The notes under the pieces were generated by a model. It saw only the letters and a program-made list of their open reading frames with translations, had not been told where the DNA came from and ran no database searches. Made by a program: the position numbers and the translations under genes. A DNA stretch of 64,000 nt, taken from positions 27,962,001 through 28,026,000 of the forward strand of contig OZ024750.1 in the NCBI GenBank assembly GCA_964016885.1, given 5' to 3'. This document shows positions 16,790 through 29,719 of the stretch, in pieces (the first letter of the stretch is position 1; the number at the start of each line of letters is the position of its first letter). The stretch comes from Eledone cirrhosa (lineage: Eukaryota).

Positions 16790-17135
16790 TGTGGATTGGC
16801 AGTATCAGTAGAGGGTCGGACGCCATGCTTTGACGCATAGAGTTACGTCACTTTACGATCTGAGTTCAAATCCCGCCGAGGTTAACTTTACCTTTCATCC
16901 TTACGGGGTTGATAAAATAAAGTACCAGTAATGTACTGGGTAATTGCTGGCCTTGTGCCAATAGTAGAAACAATTATTTAGAGCGGTGGATTGGCACTCT
17001 CGGTGGAGCCTTGGGCAACATGCTTTGCGGCGTAGTTACGGCCCTTTACGGTCTGAGTTCAAATCCCGCTGGAGTTAACTTTGCCTTTCATACTTATGGG
17101 GTCCATAAAATAAATCACCTGTAATGCACTGGATT
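16790..17135 (+). mobile_element. Two tandem SINE family B copies
   Basis: gtggattggca...gagttcaaatccc (B box)...gcctttcatccttacggggtcgataaaataaagtaccag. Confidence 0.85.
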
Positions 17136-17451
17136 CGGTACACCAGCATGGCCAAAGACGAACCCCTGAAAGTATAAAATATACTGGACTCTGTATACTT
17201 TGGACGAAAAATAGCAATGAATCTAATTATTATAGAAACTGTAATAAACGACAAAAACAATAGCAACAAGTGGGTTATTTAGGCCGCTATTAGCACTAAT
17301 TAGCTGCGATTTCCTTTTAAGTATTGCTTGTTTATTTTTGTATTAGTGGTGTAACGATTATGTCCATTAAAAACAAACATGAACTCACACACACATAAAC
17401 ACTGGCACACGCACCCACACAACACACACACACACATCGTGAATCACATTT

Positions 17452-18728
<1,277 letters not shown>

Positions 18729-19262
18729 ATATGTGTGAGAGAGGCAGAGAAAAACTAATGAATCACTGTGTCGCTACTCAGAGTTTCCTGTCTAACTGGC
18801 AATGATTCATCTCTGAGTCACCACAACTGAGTGAACGTCAACTATCTCCAAAGTAATAAAGTCTTCAACTTATACGACAGACCTTGGAGATTTAAAAAAA
18901 ATAAATAAACTAACAGAATCCATCAAACACTTCAAGTCTAAACGCACCTGATTTCGTCCAGATTGAGACAAATCTAGATGATTTTTAACTGTTAAAATTA
19001 TACCTTCGGAAAGGTGAAAATCAAAGTTGAATTATGGCAGGCTTTGAACTCTCTCTTCCTCCCTCTTTATCATCTCTCTCTTTCCCTTTGTTTCTCTCTC
19101 TCTCTCTCTCTTTCTTTCTCCCTCTGTTTCTGTTTCTTTCTCTGTTTCTGTTTTTATAATATATAGACAGGAGGAGGGGTTGGGGGGGGGGGGGGGGTTA
19201 TTGCAATACAAATAGATAGAAACAGAGAAAAAGGTGAGTGTTGCCAAACAGAGAAAGAGAGT

Positions 19263-19296
<34 letters not shown>

Positions 19297-19434
19297 GTAA
19301 TATGAAATAGACAAATGGACAGAGAGAAAGAAAGGTAAACGAAAACTGCAAACATTGTGTCCGATCTTCTGACGATTCTCTCTCTGTCTCTGTGTGTGTG
19401 TCTGTGTGTGTCTGTGTGTGTGTGTGTTTAGAAG

Positions 19435-19779
19435 TTAAATTTAATTTGTTGGGATACAACAAGCAAATATTTTTATAACTGATATAAAGCACTCAACAAA
19501 TGATTGGAGTAAAAATACGATATATTAACAAATGGAAACTATATTTATAAAACCATATTTATTTCATTATACATATTTCAAGGACACCAAGTTAAATTAT
19601 GGTGTGCTTTCATCAGATAAAATATAATATAGAGCAGTTTTAAAACAGTTATAAAACTGCTCTATATTATATTTTATCTGATGAAAGCACACCATAATTT
19701 AACTTGGTGTCCTTGAAATATGTATAATGAAATAAATATGGTTTTATAAATATAGTTTCCATTTGTTAATATACCGTAT
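19435..19779. mobile_element. Fold-back hammerhead-bearing element (Penelope pLTR-like)
   Basis: Inverted arms 19521-19642 and 19652-19773 each carry CTGATGA-aagcacacca...tggtgtcctt-GAAA. Homologous single copy at 53060-53260. Confidence 0.75.
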
Positions 19780-19885
19780 ATATATATATATAAAATTTTG
19801 TTTTGCGAGGTTTTTGATATGAAATCGTGTGTCGAAACAAATATTGTTCCCTAAGTATAACTATATATGTATATATGTGTGTGTG

Positions 19886-19917
<32 letters not shown>

Positions 19918-19996
19918 TGTATATGTATGTATATGTGTGTGTGTGTATATGTATGTATGTATATATATATGTGTGTGTGTAAGTGTATGTATGTAT

Positions 19997-20058
<62 letters not shown>

Positions 20059-20647
20059 AGAGAGAGAGAGATTTTTTTATAAACACCGTAGATTTGAAAA
20101 ATAGCTAGTAACGTGCTTACGCCGTATTTGACTAAATAGATTAGTCCAACCATGTATATATGTGTAAATAGATTAGTCCAACCAAAGATACGGGTTAGTA
20201 TCCCATGTACGACAATGTTCATCCCTTTTTTTTTTCATACAGAGGTTTTTTTTTTAAATCCTAGCTTATAGACTAATTTATTTAGTAAAATACGGCGGAA
20301 GCACATGTTACTATATATATATGAAAAATATATATATTTTGAAAACAGCTGGTGATATGCATGTAAGTAAATATTCTCTCTATCTGATAGTTTGTAAACT
20401 TACGTAGATCAATAACTTAGTATAGATACAATGTATTATCACCATCTAGAAACGATCGTAAAGCAGTGAAGTATATCTCTAATGACTTGATTTTTTATTT
20501 CATTGTTTTAACTTCTATCATGACTCTGTTTTCCTTTTAATGTTTTATTGTTTTCTGAGATTTATCTTAACCTACAACATTTTCAACATATGGATTACAT
20601 TGAGTTCTTCATACAGAATAGACCCCACAACTTACAGTGGATACCTC

Positions 20648-20713
<66 letters not shown>

Positions 20714-20977
20714 AAATTGAATAAAGGGTGTCATGTCCGAGAGACATGCGCCATATCCCTGTGATTGTTTCATATGTTTATTTTTCATATATATATATGT
20801 GTCAATCAATTTTAATTATAATTTTGATTTGAATTTGAACTTGAATACAATTCTCGTAAAATATATGTCACATCCATTCCACCCTGTAAATACGATACTG
20901 TTGCTCACAACATCAATTTATATGTACCTATATTATTGTTCAGTTGAATAGGAGGTTAATTATATGTGCAAACATTG

Positions 20978-21033
20978 ATAATGCTCCGATGACTCCAAAT
21001 GAGAGTTTAGGAGAAACGATTGTTAGCTATTAT
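20978..21033 (+). ncRNA. Hammerhead-like motif (CCGATGA variant)
   Basis: Stem I ataatgct/agctattat; CCGATGA; stem II tccaaa...tttagga; GAAA-cgattg-TT. Confidence 0.55.
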
Positions 21034-21064
21034 ATTATTTGAACACAACTTTGATAATTGTATA

Positions 21065-21146
<82 letters not shown>

Positions 21147-21404
21147 TGGGCATGTATGAATATGATTTCACCTCCCTGTCTGCCAGCTGGCGTAATTTTA
21201 ACAGTTAGAAATCCTAGTTTCGAATGGAATTTATATCCTATTTAGTAACGAATAGAATGTTGTAACCTTTTACTGCACTAAAGCAGAATATAGTTTTGTC
21301 TCGTGATCAAATAACTAATTATTAAGCTGAAGTTAATAACGATAGTACGTATGTTCTTATTGGCAAAATGACTATCCCAAAAGATAACAATATACACACT
21401 GCGA

Positions 21405-21640
21405 CTAACCCATGTTCTGCTGCACGTCGGGCTGAGAAGGCCAAACTCCTCAAATACCGGTCGCTCTCCGACAGGTTTGCAGTTGTACCCTTGGCAGTGG
21501 AGACTTCTGGTGTCCTCGGCCCTAGGGCTACCTCCCTATTCACCACCATAGGCGCTGAGCTGGCCAGCCGCAGGTGTGAGCCCGCGTGTTGGAATGGCTT
21601 TTCCAACGCGTCTCCTCCGAGGAAACGCCTTCTCCATTCT
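21405..21640 (+). mobile_element. CRE-like non-LTR retrotransposon restriction-like endonuclease C-terminal fragment
   Basis: AARRAEKAKLLKYRSLSDRFAVVPLAVETSGVLGPRATSLF (K..KY and PLAVETxG motifs). Confidence 0.75.
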
Positions 21641-21845
21641 GACCTCCCTCTGTTGCAGTTCTGAGATAGTGACCTCTAAACCTCTGACCTCTGACCTCTC
21701 TCTGTTGCAGTTCTGAGATAGTGACCTCTGACCTCTGACCTCTCTGTTGCAGTTCTGAGATAGTGACCGCTAAACCTCTGACCTCTCTCTCTGTTGCAGT
21801 TCTGAGATAGTGACCTCTGACCTCTGACCTCTCTCTGTTGCAGTT
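21639..21845. repeat. Minisatellite (tgacctc/tctgttgcagttctgagatag units)
   Basis: 4-5 imperfect copies. Confidence 0.85.
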
Positions 21846-21904
21846 TAGACAACGTTTAAGTAGCCAGCTGGTTACATTTGAAGAGTCTCTAATGTAATGT
21901 GTTG

Positions 21905-22300
21905 CTTAGTAGTAATAGTAGTAGTAATCGTAGTAGTAGTTGTAGTTGTGGTGGTGGTAGTAGTAGTATTAATCGTGGTAGTTGTAGTAGTAGTGGTGGT
22001 AGTTGTAGTAGCAATCGTAGTGGTAGTGGTGGTAGTTGTAGTAGTAGAAGTAATCGTGGTGGTTGTAGTAGTAGTAGTAGTAATCGTAGTGGTAGTAGTA
22101 ATCGTAGTAGTGGTGGTGGTAGTAGTAGTAGTGGTGGTGATAGTAGTAGTAGTAATCGTAGTAGTGGTGGTAGTAGTAGTAATCGTAGTGGTAGTGGTAG
22201 TAGTAGTAATCGTAGTGGTAGTAGTAGTAGTAATCGTAGTGGTGGTGGTAGTAGTAGTAATCGTAGTGGTAGTGGTAGTAGTAGTAATCGTGGTAGTGGC
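21905..22300. repeat. (TAG/TGG)n cryptic trinucleotide repeat
   Basis: Directly visible. Confidence 0.9.
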
Positions 22301-22747
22301 AACAACAGCATCTAGTGGAATTTAAACTTAACAATTTCTTAGTAGAAATTAGCGAGAGTTTAAGTTTGCTAATGTCTACAGGAAGGAATCTAAAACACGA
22401 GAATTTAATGATGTTAAGTTTTAGCTAGACGTTAGGCAGCTGTTCAGTGTTTGGGGGTATGTAGTGTCGATTAAGAAGATTCCTTGAATATATTGTAAGT
22501 ACATAAGTGTTTTACGTAATCTCTGAAATACTAAAGTGGTGACATTGGTTCTGTTAGTATTTCAACTGTCGACTGTGTTAAGATTAAACTTTATACCAAC
22601 TTATATCAAACCCTGCCTTCTGTTATAATAACAGTACTTTCTACACCAATAAATAACGAAGTAACGTCTCACACAACTCCCCTCTTTTCACCCCTCCCCA
22701 TATATATACATACCCCCCCCCCCCCCCCATATATATACACCCCCCCT

Positions 22748-22782
<35 letters not shown>

Positions 22783-22874
22783 CACCCACCCCCACTCCCA
22801 AGAGCGTAAAACTAATAAACCTTTGTTTGTACTGCCTCTGTTTTGTTTCCGTTCCATTTTTCACTATATATATA

Positions 22875-22913
<39 letters not shown>

Positions 22914-23054
22914 CCCAATGTTAAACAAGATTCATTGATTATTCAATGAATAGAGTTTTACAATAGATTAAAAGCACTCAACAAAGAAGTTTTCTGGAGT
23001 TATTAATATTATTCAAAATATTAATAAATGAATACATTCACATAATCAAAATAC

Positions 23055-23120
23055 ATGTTTTATTATATTTCGGAGGTACTGTGTTGTTTTTTTCAGTACG
23101 TCCTCATCAGATAAATACAT
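23055..23120 (-). ncRNA. Minimal type I hammerhead motif
   Basis: Minus strand atgtatttat-CTGATGA-ggacgtactg...cagtacctcc-GAAA-ta-TA-ataaaacat. Confidence 0.65.
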
Positions 23121-23159
23121 AAATTGATGTATGACATACCTCAACTGTGCTGATGGTGC

Positions 23160-23530
23160 AATTCCAGCAATTACGCAGTACATTACTGGTACTTTATTTT
23201 ATCGACGCCGTAAGGGTGAAAGGCAAAGTTAACCTCAACGGGATTTGAACTCAGACCGTAAAGGGACGTAACTATGCTAGGATCGCGTCCAACCCTCTAC
23301 CGATACTGCCAATTCACCGCCTTTATATATTATATATATATAACTGTTTCTACTTTTGGGTCGTAACTACGCCGTAACTACGCCGTAAAGCATGTTGCCC
23401 AAGGCTCCACCGAGAGTGCCAACCCACCGCTCTAAATAATTGTTTCTACTATTGGTACATTACTGGTACTTTATTTTATCGACCTCGTAAGGATGAAAGC
23501 AAAGTTAACCTCGGCGGGATTTGAACTCAG
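23160..23530 (-). mobile_element. SINE family B copies and fragments
   Basis: Reverse complement of the 16790 type. Confidence 0.8.
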
Positions 23531-24049
23531 CAAGCAAATAGGAATATAGAATATAGCTGGAACGGTAAAACCAATTACAAATGATGCACATTCATTTGGA
23601 AACACAATTAAATATTTATACCAGAACATATTGTATATTTAAAAATCTAAGGTAAATTTAATATAGATTTTAATACAGTGAATTTTTTCTTAGCGAGGTT
23701 TTAAATAAAAAAATATGTAAACACCTTCCACTATTCCTTTTCTTCGCAGAAAATAAACATTTAATAGCTAACTTTAATACCATATGCCATTCATTCCTAC
23801 ATCCTGGCCATTCACAGATATTTTTCATTCATTTTATGTTTGACATTTTATATGTTTATTCCTTTCCATTGTGTTTCTTTCTCCTTGTCTGTTCCTGTTT
23901 TTCTCTGCTCTCCTTGCTAAAACCAAATCAACTAACTAACAAAGTCAAACAATGAACTAAACATAAAGAAACATGTTAACAACAGCCAATGAGTCAGTCT
24001 AGAAATAGAAACCAAATCTTCCAAATGTCATACTTTACATACTTTAAAA

Positions 24050-24338
24050 CAGGCATGGGCAACCTTTTTCGAGAATCGGGAAGCATGAGATATGGCTCAT
24101 CATCAGGTGGTCCGCAAGCGCTAATTTACATTCGTGCCCACATTAAAAAAAGGGCGGTAACTCGGGTTATTTTGATTTGTTTCTTCAAAATTCGTACACG
24201 TTGTTTTCCCCGATCGTAAAAATGATAGAAAGATAAATTACGACCGAATAGTTGGGGTAAAAAATCAGAAAGATTTCCCTTAGGTGACTTAGGCGAGCCA
24301 TTCAGAAAGCTTCACGGGCCGCAGGTTGCCTATGACTG
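24050..24338. mobile_element. hAT-superfamily MITE
   Basis: TIRs caggcatgggcaacct / aggttgcctatgactg; flanking 8-mers ctttaaaa and ctttcaaa (8-bp TSD, 1 mismatch). Confidence 0.8.
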
Positions 24339-24436
24339 CTTTCAAACCTCAACGTCCACGTTGTCATATATTCTGCGCCAGAAATACAAAGACCTGACGC
24401 TCGTTGTCGTAAAAACAGTCATCATAGGGAATACGG

Positions 24437-24666
24437 CAGTGATTCCCAACGTGGGGGATATAATGAAGGGAAATTTGAAAGTGATATAATACGTCCAAAC
24501 TTCCAGTTACACTTCGTCTACACATGTTTTTGTGTATCTGGCAGCACCTACGAGAAGTTTGTTTACACTTTGGAGTTGATTTTGATCATCGCTGCAAGTC
24601 AAAGGAAGACAAACAATTTTTGGATGTTGAGGTAGGACATGGAGCAAAACAGGTTGGGAACCTGTG
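24437..24666. mobile_element. Degenerate hAT-like MITE
   Basis: TIR-like cagtgattcccaac / gttgggaacctgtg; partial 8-bp TSD gaatacgg/gtctacgg. Confidence 0.45.
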
Positions 24667-24779
24667 GTCTACGGGATCAGACCTAACACAGTTGCTATAA
24701 CAACAACAGCAACAGTGCATTTAAATTAGCAGACATTCTGATAAACAGCTCAGTAAAATATCACATGATCCATATGACA

Positions 24780-25003
24780 GGTGCAATGTGTTCGAACCCG
24801 GAAGAGCCGAACTCCTACTGTCATCGCCTTCATCTCTCTCACCCTCCCCACCATCTCTCTCACCCTCCCCACCATCTCTCTCACCCTCCCCACCATCTCT
24901 CTCACCCTCCCCACCATCTCTCTGTATTGTGAGCTAATGGGGTCCCACGTGCTGGCCACCCCATAGCCCCAGCAGACAGAATGGAGAAGGCGTTTGCCCG
25001 GAA
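24780..25003 (-). mobile_element. CRE-like element 3' end with internal 21-bp tandem repeat
   Basis: Reverse complement matches 25660-25815. Confidence 0.65.
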
Positions 25004-25489
25004 CAACAACATGTTGACAAATACACCTGTTAACTAATAAATAACCAAGTAGAGCAATGATGGCCAAAGCTGGACATTACAAAGAAGCTACTCGTTAGAT
25101 AATATATTTTCACAATGCTCATAATAACAATGAATTATGCTTTGTTTTATGAAGAAATGGGGCAGCAACTGCAGGTGTTATTCTTGTATGTATTGTCAGG
25201 AGCTCTACTGCTCCCACTTCACCCTCTATATATTCATATTACGAACCACTTACAACCGGAGCAGAAATAATATTTAGATAATAGCTCTACACTACATAAC
25301 TCAAGTGTTCTGATATTATCTTTTTTTATATATATCTATATTTTTTATATATTTTAGAACTGAACTAAAGCATTACAGTCTTTGCTAATAAAAATGAAAA
25401 GCAAGCATTGAGAGAAAGAATAAACCAAGAAAAAAACAACAACAACACCATCTAAGCTATGTTTTATTGTTTCTCGTTTCATAATTCCT

Positions 25490-25820
25490 GTCGCTCTCCA
25501 ACAGGTTCGCGGTCGTGCGCTTGGCAGTGGAGTCTTGTGGTGTCCTTGGTTGGCCCTAGGGCTACCTCCCTACTCACCACCATAGGCGCTAAGCTAGCCA
25601 GCCGTAGGTGTGAGCCTCGCGAGTTGGAATGGCTCTTCCAGCGCATCTTCCTTACCATCATCCGGGGAAACTCATTCTCCATTCTATCCGCCGGGGCTGT
25701 GGGGAGGCCAGCACGTCGGACCACATTTGCTCACCATACAGAGAGATGGGAAGGGCGAGAGAGAGATGGAGGCGATAACAGTGGGAGTTCGGCTCTTCCA
25801 CGTTCGGACCATATCCATGT
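25490..25820 (+). mobile_element. CRE-like retrotransposon 3' fragment
   Basis: GPRATSLLTTIGAKLASRRCEPRELEWLFQRIFLTIIRGNSFSIL; homologous to 21460-21640. Confidence 0.75.
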
Positions 25821-25848
25821 GGTTGTGTTCATCAAGCAATTGATGACA

Positions 25849-26030
25849 TTTGGCAGTATCGGTAGAGGGTCGGACGCCATGCTTTCCAGCATAGTTACGT
25901 CCCTTTACGATCTGAGTTCAAATCCCGCCGAGGTTGACTTTGCCTTTCATCCTTACGGGGTCGATAGAATAAAGTACCAGTAATGCACTGGGTAATTGCT
26001 GGCCTTGTGCCTAAAGTAGAAACAATTATT
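25849..26030 (+). mobile_element. SINE family B
   Basis: Near full-length copy. Confidence 0.85.
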
Positions 26031-26550
26031 CCTATTTCCATCTTCCATTGAACGTACTCTTGATATGAACATCTTTTCAAGGCGACAAAATGGTAGAATC
26101 GTTGGAGCGAAGGACTAAATATCTTGCAGTACTTATTTCTACTCTCTGTGCTCTGAGATCAAATCCTGGCCAAGTCTACTTTACTTTTCATCATTTCAAG
26201 ATCGAGTAAATAAAGTAGAAGTTGAAAACTGTGTTTGTATTTTGTTAAACTTGTGAGAGCATCAATTGAGAATAATACCTTGCGGTATTTGTTATGGATC
26301 GTTGCTTTCTGAGTTTATGTCTGGTAAACTTAATTCGTTGTTTGGCTTAACATCATCACTTAATACTTGAGTAATTTTTGTGCAGTTCCATAAAAACAAC
26401 AGTTTTATGAACAGTCACTAGGTTTTTATTTTTTGTCACTCCTTTGTTCTGTCCTACACCATCTTGTTTTTCTTTTTTGTGTTGTGACACAACACACAAA
26501 AACAAGATGGTGTAGGAAAGAACGAAGAAGAGACACAAAATAAAAACCCA

Positions 26551-26593
26551 GTCACTGAGGAGGTCTCAGAATGTGTGACGAAAGAGCTTTGAC
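26551..26593 (+). ncRNA. Minimal type I hammerhead motif
   Basis: gtca-CTGAGGA-g-gtctca gaatg tgtgac-GAAA-gagc-TT-tgac. Preceded by an inverted partial duplication (26412-26465 vs 26499-26556). Confidence 0.7.
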
Positions 26594-27399
26594 AATATAT
26601 AAACAACCATCCGGTTATGGAACCAGCCAACCAACCAATGGGGTTTACGCAGAGCTGATATATAATATTTATAAACAAACATCAAAGAATCAAATATTTA
26701 AAAAAAATTTTTTTTAAGAATAAGTATGTAATTATACGAGCTCGGGATGAAGTTCTATCGGCTGAAACGTGTGTTAGTTTGAAAATGCATTGAGTCTTTG
26801 GTATATTTTATATATACTATCTAAACTATAATAAAGGGAGGAGTGCGGGACTGCGTCCAGAATATATTTTTTTTATACCGTTTGTAAAATAAGTTGGATT
26901 ACTTTGAATACATAATGAATGAATATTGCATAATTTATCTACTAAATTTCGTTATTCTTGATTAAATATAAATAATTTTGTCGCTTATTTTAAGATTCAC
27001 TTCTTTAAAATTTTCAAATGTCAACACTTCCGTTTAGCGATCGCTTAAATAAACATTCATATATATTTCCGTCAATGGATTACGTTACTGATTACATAAG
27101 TCAATGTAACGCAGTCTTCGTTCAATTTCTGTGTATATTGTCAATTACGATTTTATTTGATGTATCATATCTACATGCATATATACTTGCATATAATATC
27201 AATATGCACACTACACAGGCTAGCAGAAAACCACCCGAGGGTGGTTTTCTGGTAGTATATATAAGGAAAGATATGAGGGAGGAGCGAAGGAATATCTGAA
27301 CAAAGACAATATAACAGAAAGAGAGGAGGGAGAGATTATTAAGGAAAATAAGTATAGGTATCACCAACGCCATCTTCATAGTTAATACTTCTGACACTA

Positions 27400-29595
27400 A
27401 CACTACTTCTAACAACACCAGCACCATTATCAGTACTACCACTAACACTGCCAACACCATCCCTATCAACCACCGCCACCATTACCGCCGACACTATCAC
27501 TACCACCACCATCGCCATTACCACCACCACTACAACAGCGAAACCGCCACCAGCACGACCACAACAATAATGCTAGTAATACCACTTCTACCACCATTAT
27601 CAGCACAATTTCTTCCACTACCACAACAACTACCACAACTACAACAACCACCACCAGCAAAAAAAAAAACAGCACCGCCGCAAGCACCTTCACCACCACA
27701 AGATCAACAACAATAACAAAAACCACCACCACTACAACACCAGCACAACCACTAGTAATGCCACTTCCACCACCAACACAACCACCAACACCACCACCAC
27801 CACAGCAGCAAACAACACTAGTACCCCCATCCCCACCATCACCACCACCACCACCACAACAACAAACACCACCATCACCACCAGCACCACCACTACAACA
27901 CCACCACCACCAGCACCACCACTACAACACCACCACCACCAGTAATACCACTTCCACCACCAAAACAACACAACCACCACCACCACTACCAGTAATACCA
28001 CCACCATGACAACGAGCAGTAATACCACTTCCACCACTCCTACTTTCACCACCAAAACAACACAACCACCACCACCACCACCACTCCTACTTCCACCACC
28101 AAAACAACACAACCACCACCACCACCACCACTCCTACTTCCACCACCAAAACAACACAACAACCACCACCACCACCACTACCAGTAATACCACCACCATC
28201 ACCCCACCTACTTCCACCACCAAAACAACACAACCACCACCACCACAACAACCACCACCACCACCACTACCAGTAATACCATCACCACCACTCCTACTTC
28301 CACCACCAAAACAACACAACCACCACCACCACCACCACTACCAGTAATACCACCACCACCACCACTCCTACTTCCACCACCAAAACAACACAACCACCAC
28401 CACCACCACCACCACTCCTACTTCCACCACCAAAACAACACAACCACCACCACAACAACCACCACCACCACCACCAGTAATACCACCACCACCACCACCA
28501 CTCCTACTTCCACCACCAAAACAACACAACCACCACCACAACAACCACCACCACCACCACCAGTAATACCACCACCAAAACAACACAACAACCACCACCA
28601 CCACCACTACCTGTAATACCACCACCATCACCACTCCTACTTCCACCACCAAAACAACACAACCACCACCACCACAACAACCACCATCACCACTACCAGT
28701 AATACCACCACCACCACCACCACTCCTACTTCCACCACCACAACAACCACCACCACCACCACCACCAGTAATACCACCACCAAAACAACACAACCACCAC
28801 CACAACAACCACCACCACCACCACTTCCAGTAATACCACCACCACCACCACCACTCCTACTTCCACCACCAAAACAACACAACCACCACCACCACAACAA
28901 CCACCACCACCACCACTACCAGTAATACCACCACCACCACCACCACTCCTACTTCCACCACCAAAACAACACAACCACCACCACCACCACTACCAGTAAT
29001 ACCACCACCACCACCACCACTCCTACTTCCACCACCAAAACAACACAACCACCACCACCACAACAACCACCACCACCACCACTACCAGTAATACCACCAC
29101 CACCACTCCTACTTCCACCACCAAAACAACACAACCACCACCACCACAACAACCACCACCACCACCACTACCAGTAATACCACCACCATCACCACTCCTA
29201 CTTCCACCACCAAAACAACACAACCACCACCACCACCACAACAACCACCATCACCACTACCAGTAATACCACCACCACCACTCCTACTTCCACCACCAAA
29301 ACAACACAACCACCACCACTACCAGTAATACCACCACCAAAACAACACAACCACCACCACTACCAGTAATACCACCACCAAAACAACACAACCACCATCA
29401 CCACCACCACCACGCCTACTACCACCACCACCACGCCTACTTCCACCACCACAACAACACAACCACCACCACTACCAGTAATACCACCACCAAAACAACA
29501 CAACCACCACCACCACCACCACCACGCCTACTACCACCACCACCACCACCACGCCTACTTCCACCACCACAACAACACAACCACCACCACCACCA
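27400..29595. repeat. (ACC)n-rich compound minisatellite
   Basis: Recurring blocks ctcctacttccacc, aaaacaacacaacc and ccagtaatacc. Confidence 0.92.
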
Positions 29596-29719
29596 GTTCT
29601 ATAATGATAAGAGGTCATTGAACTAACATCTCTAATGACCCAGAAACAGGTAGAAACACTACTGGTTGGTAATAATCACACAATGAATTTATAGAAACAG
29701 AAAATAGACAGAAAAACTG

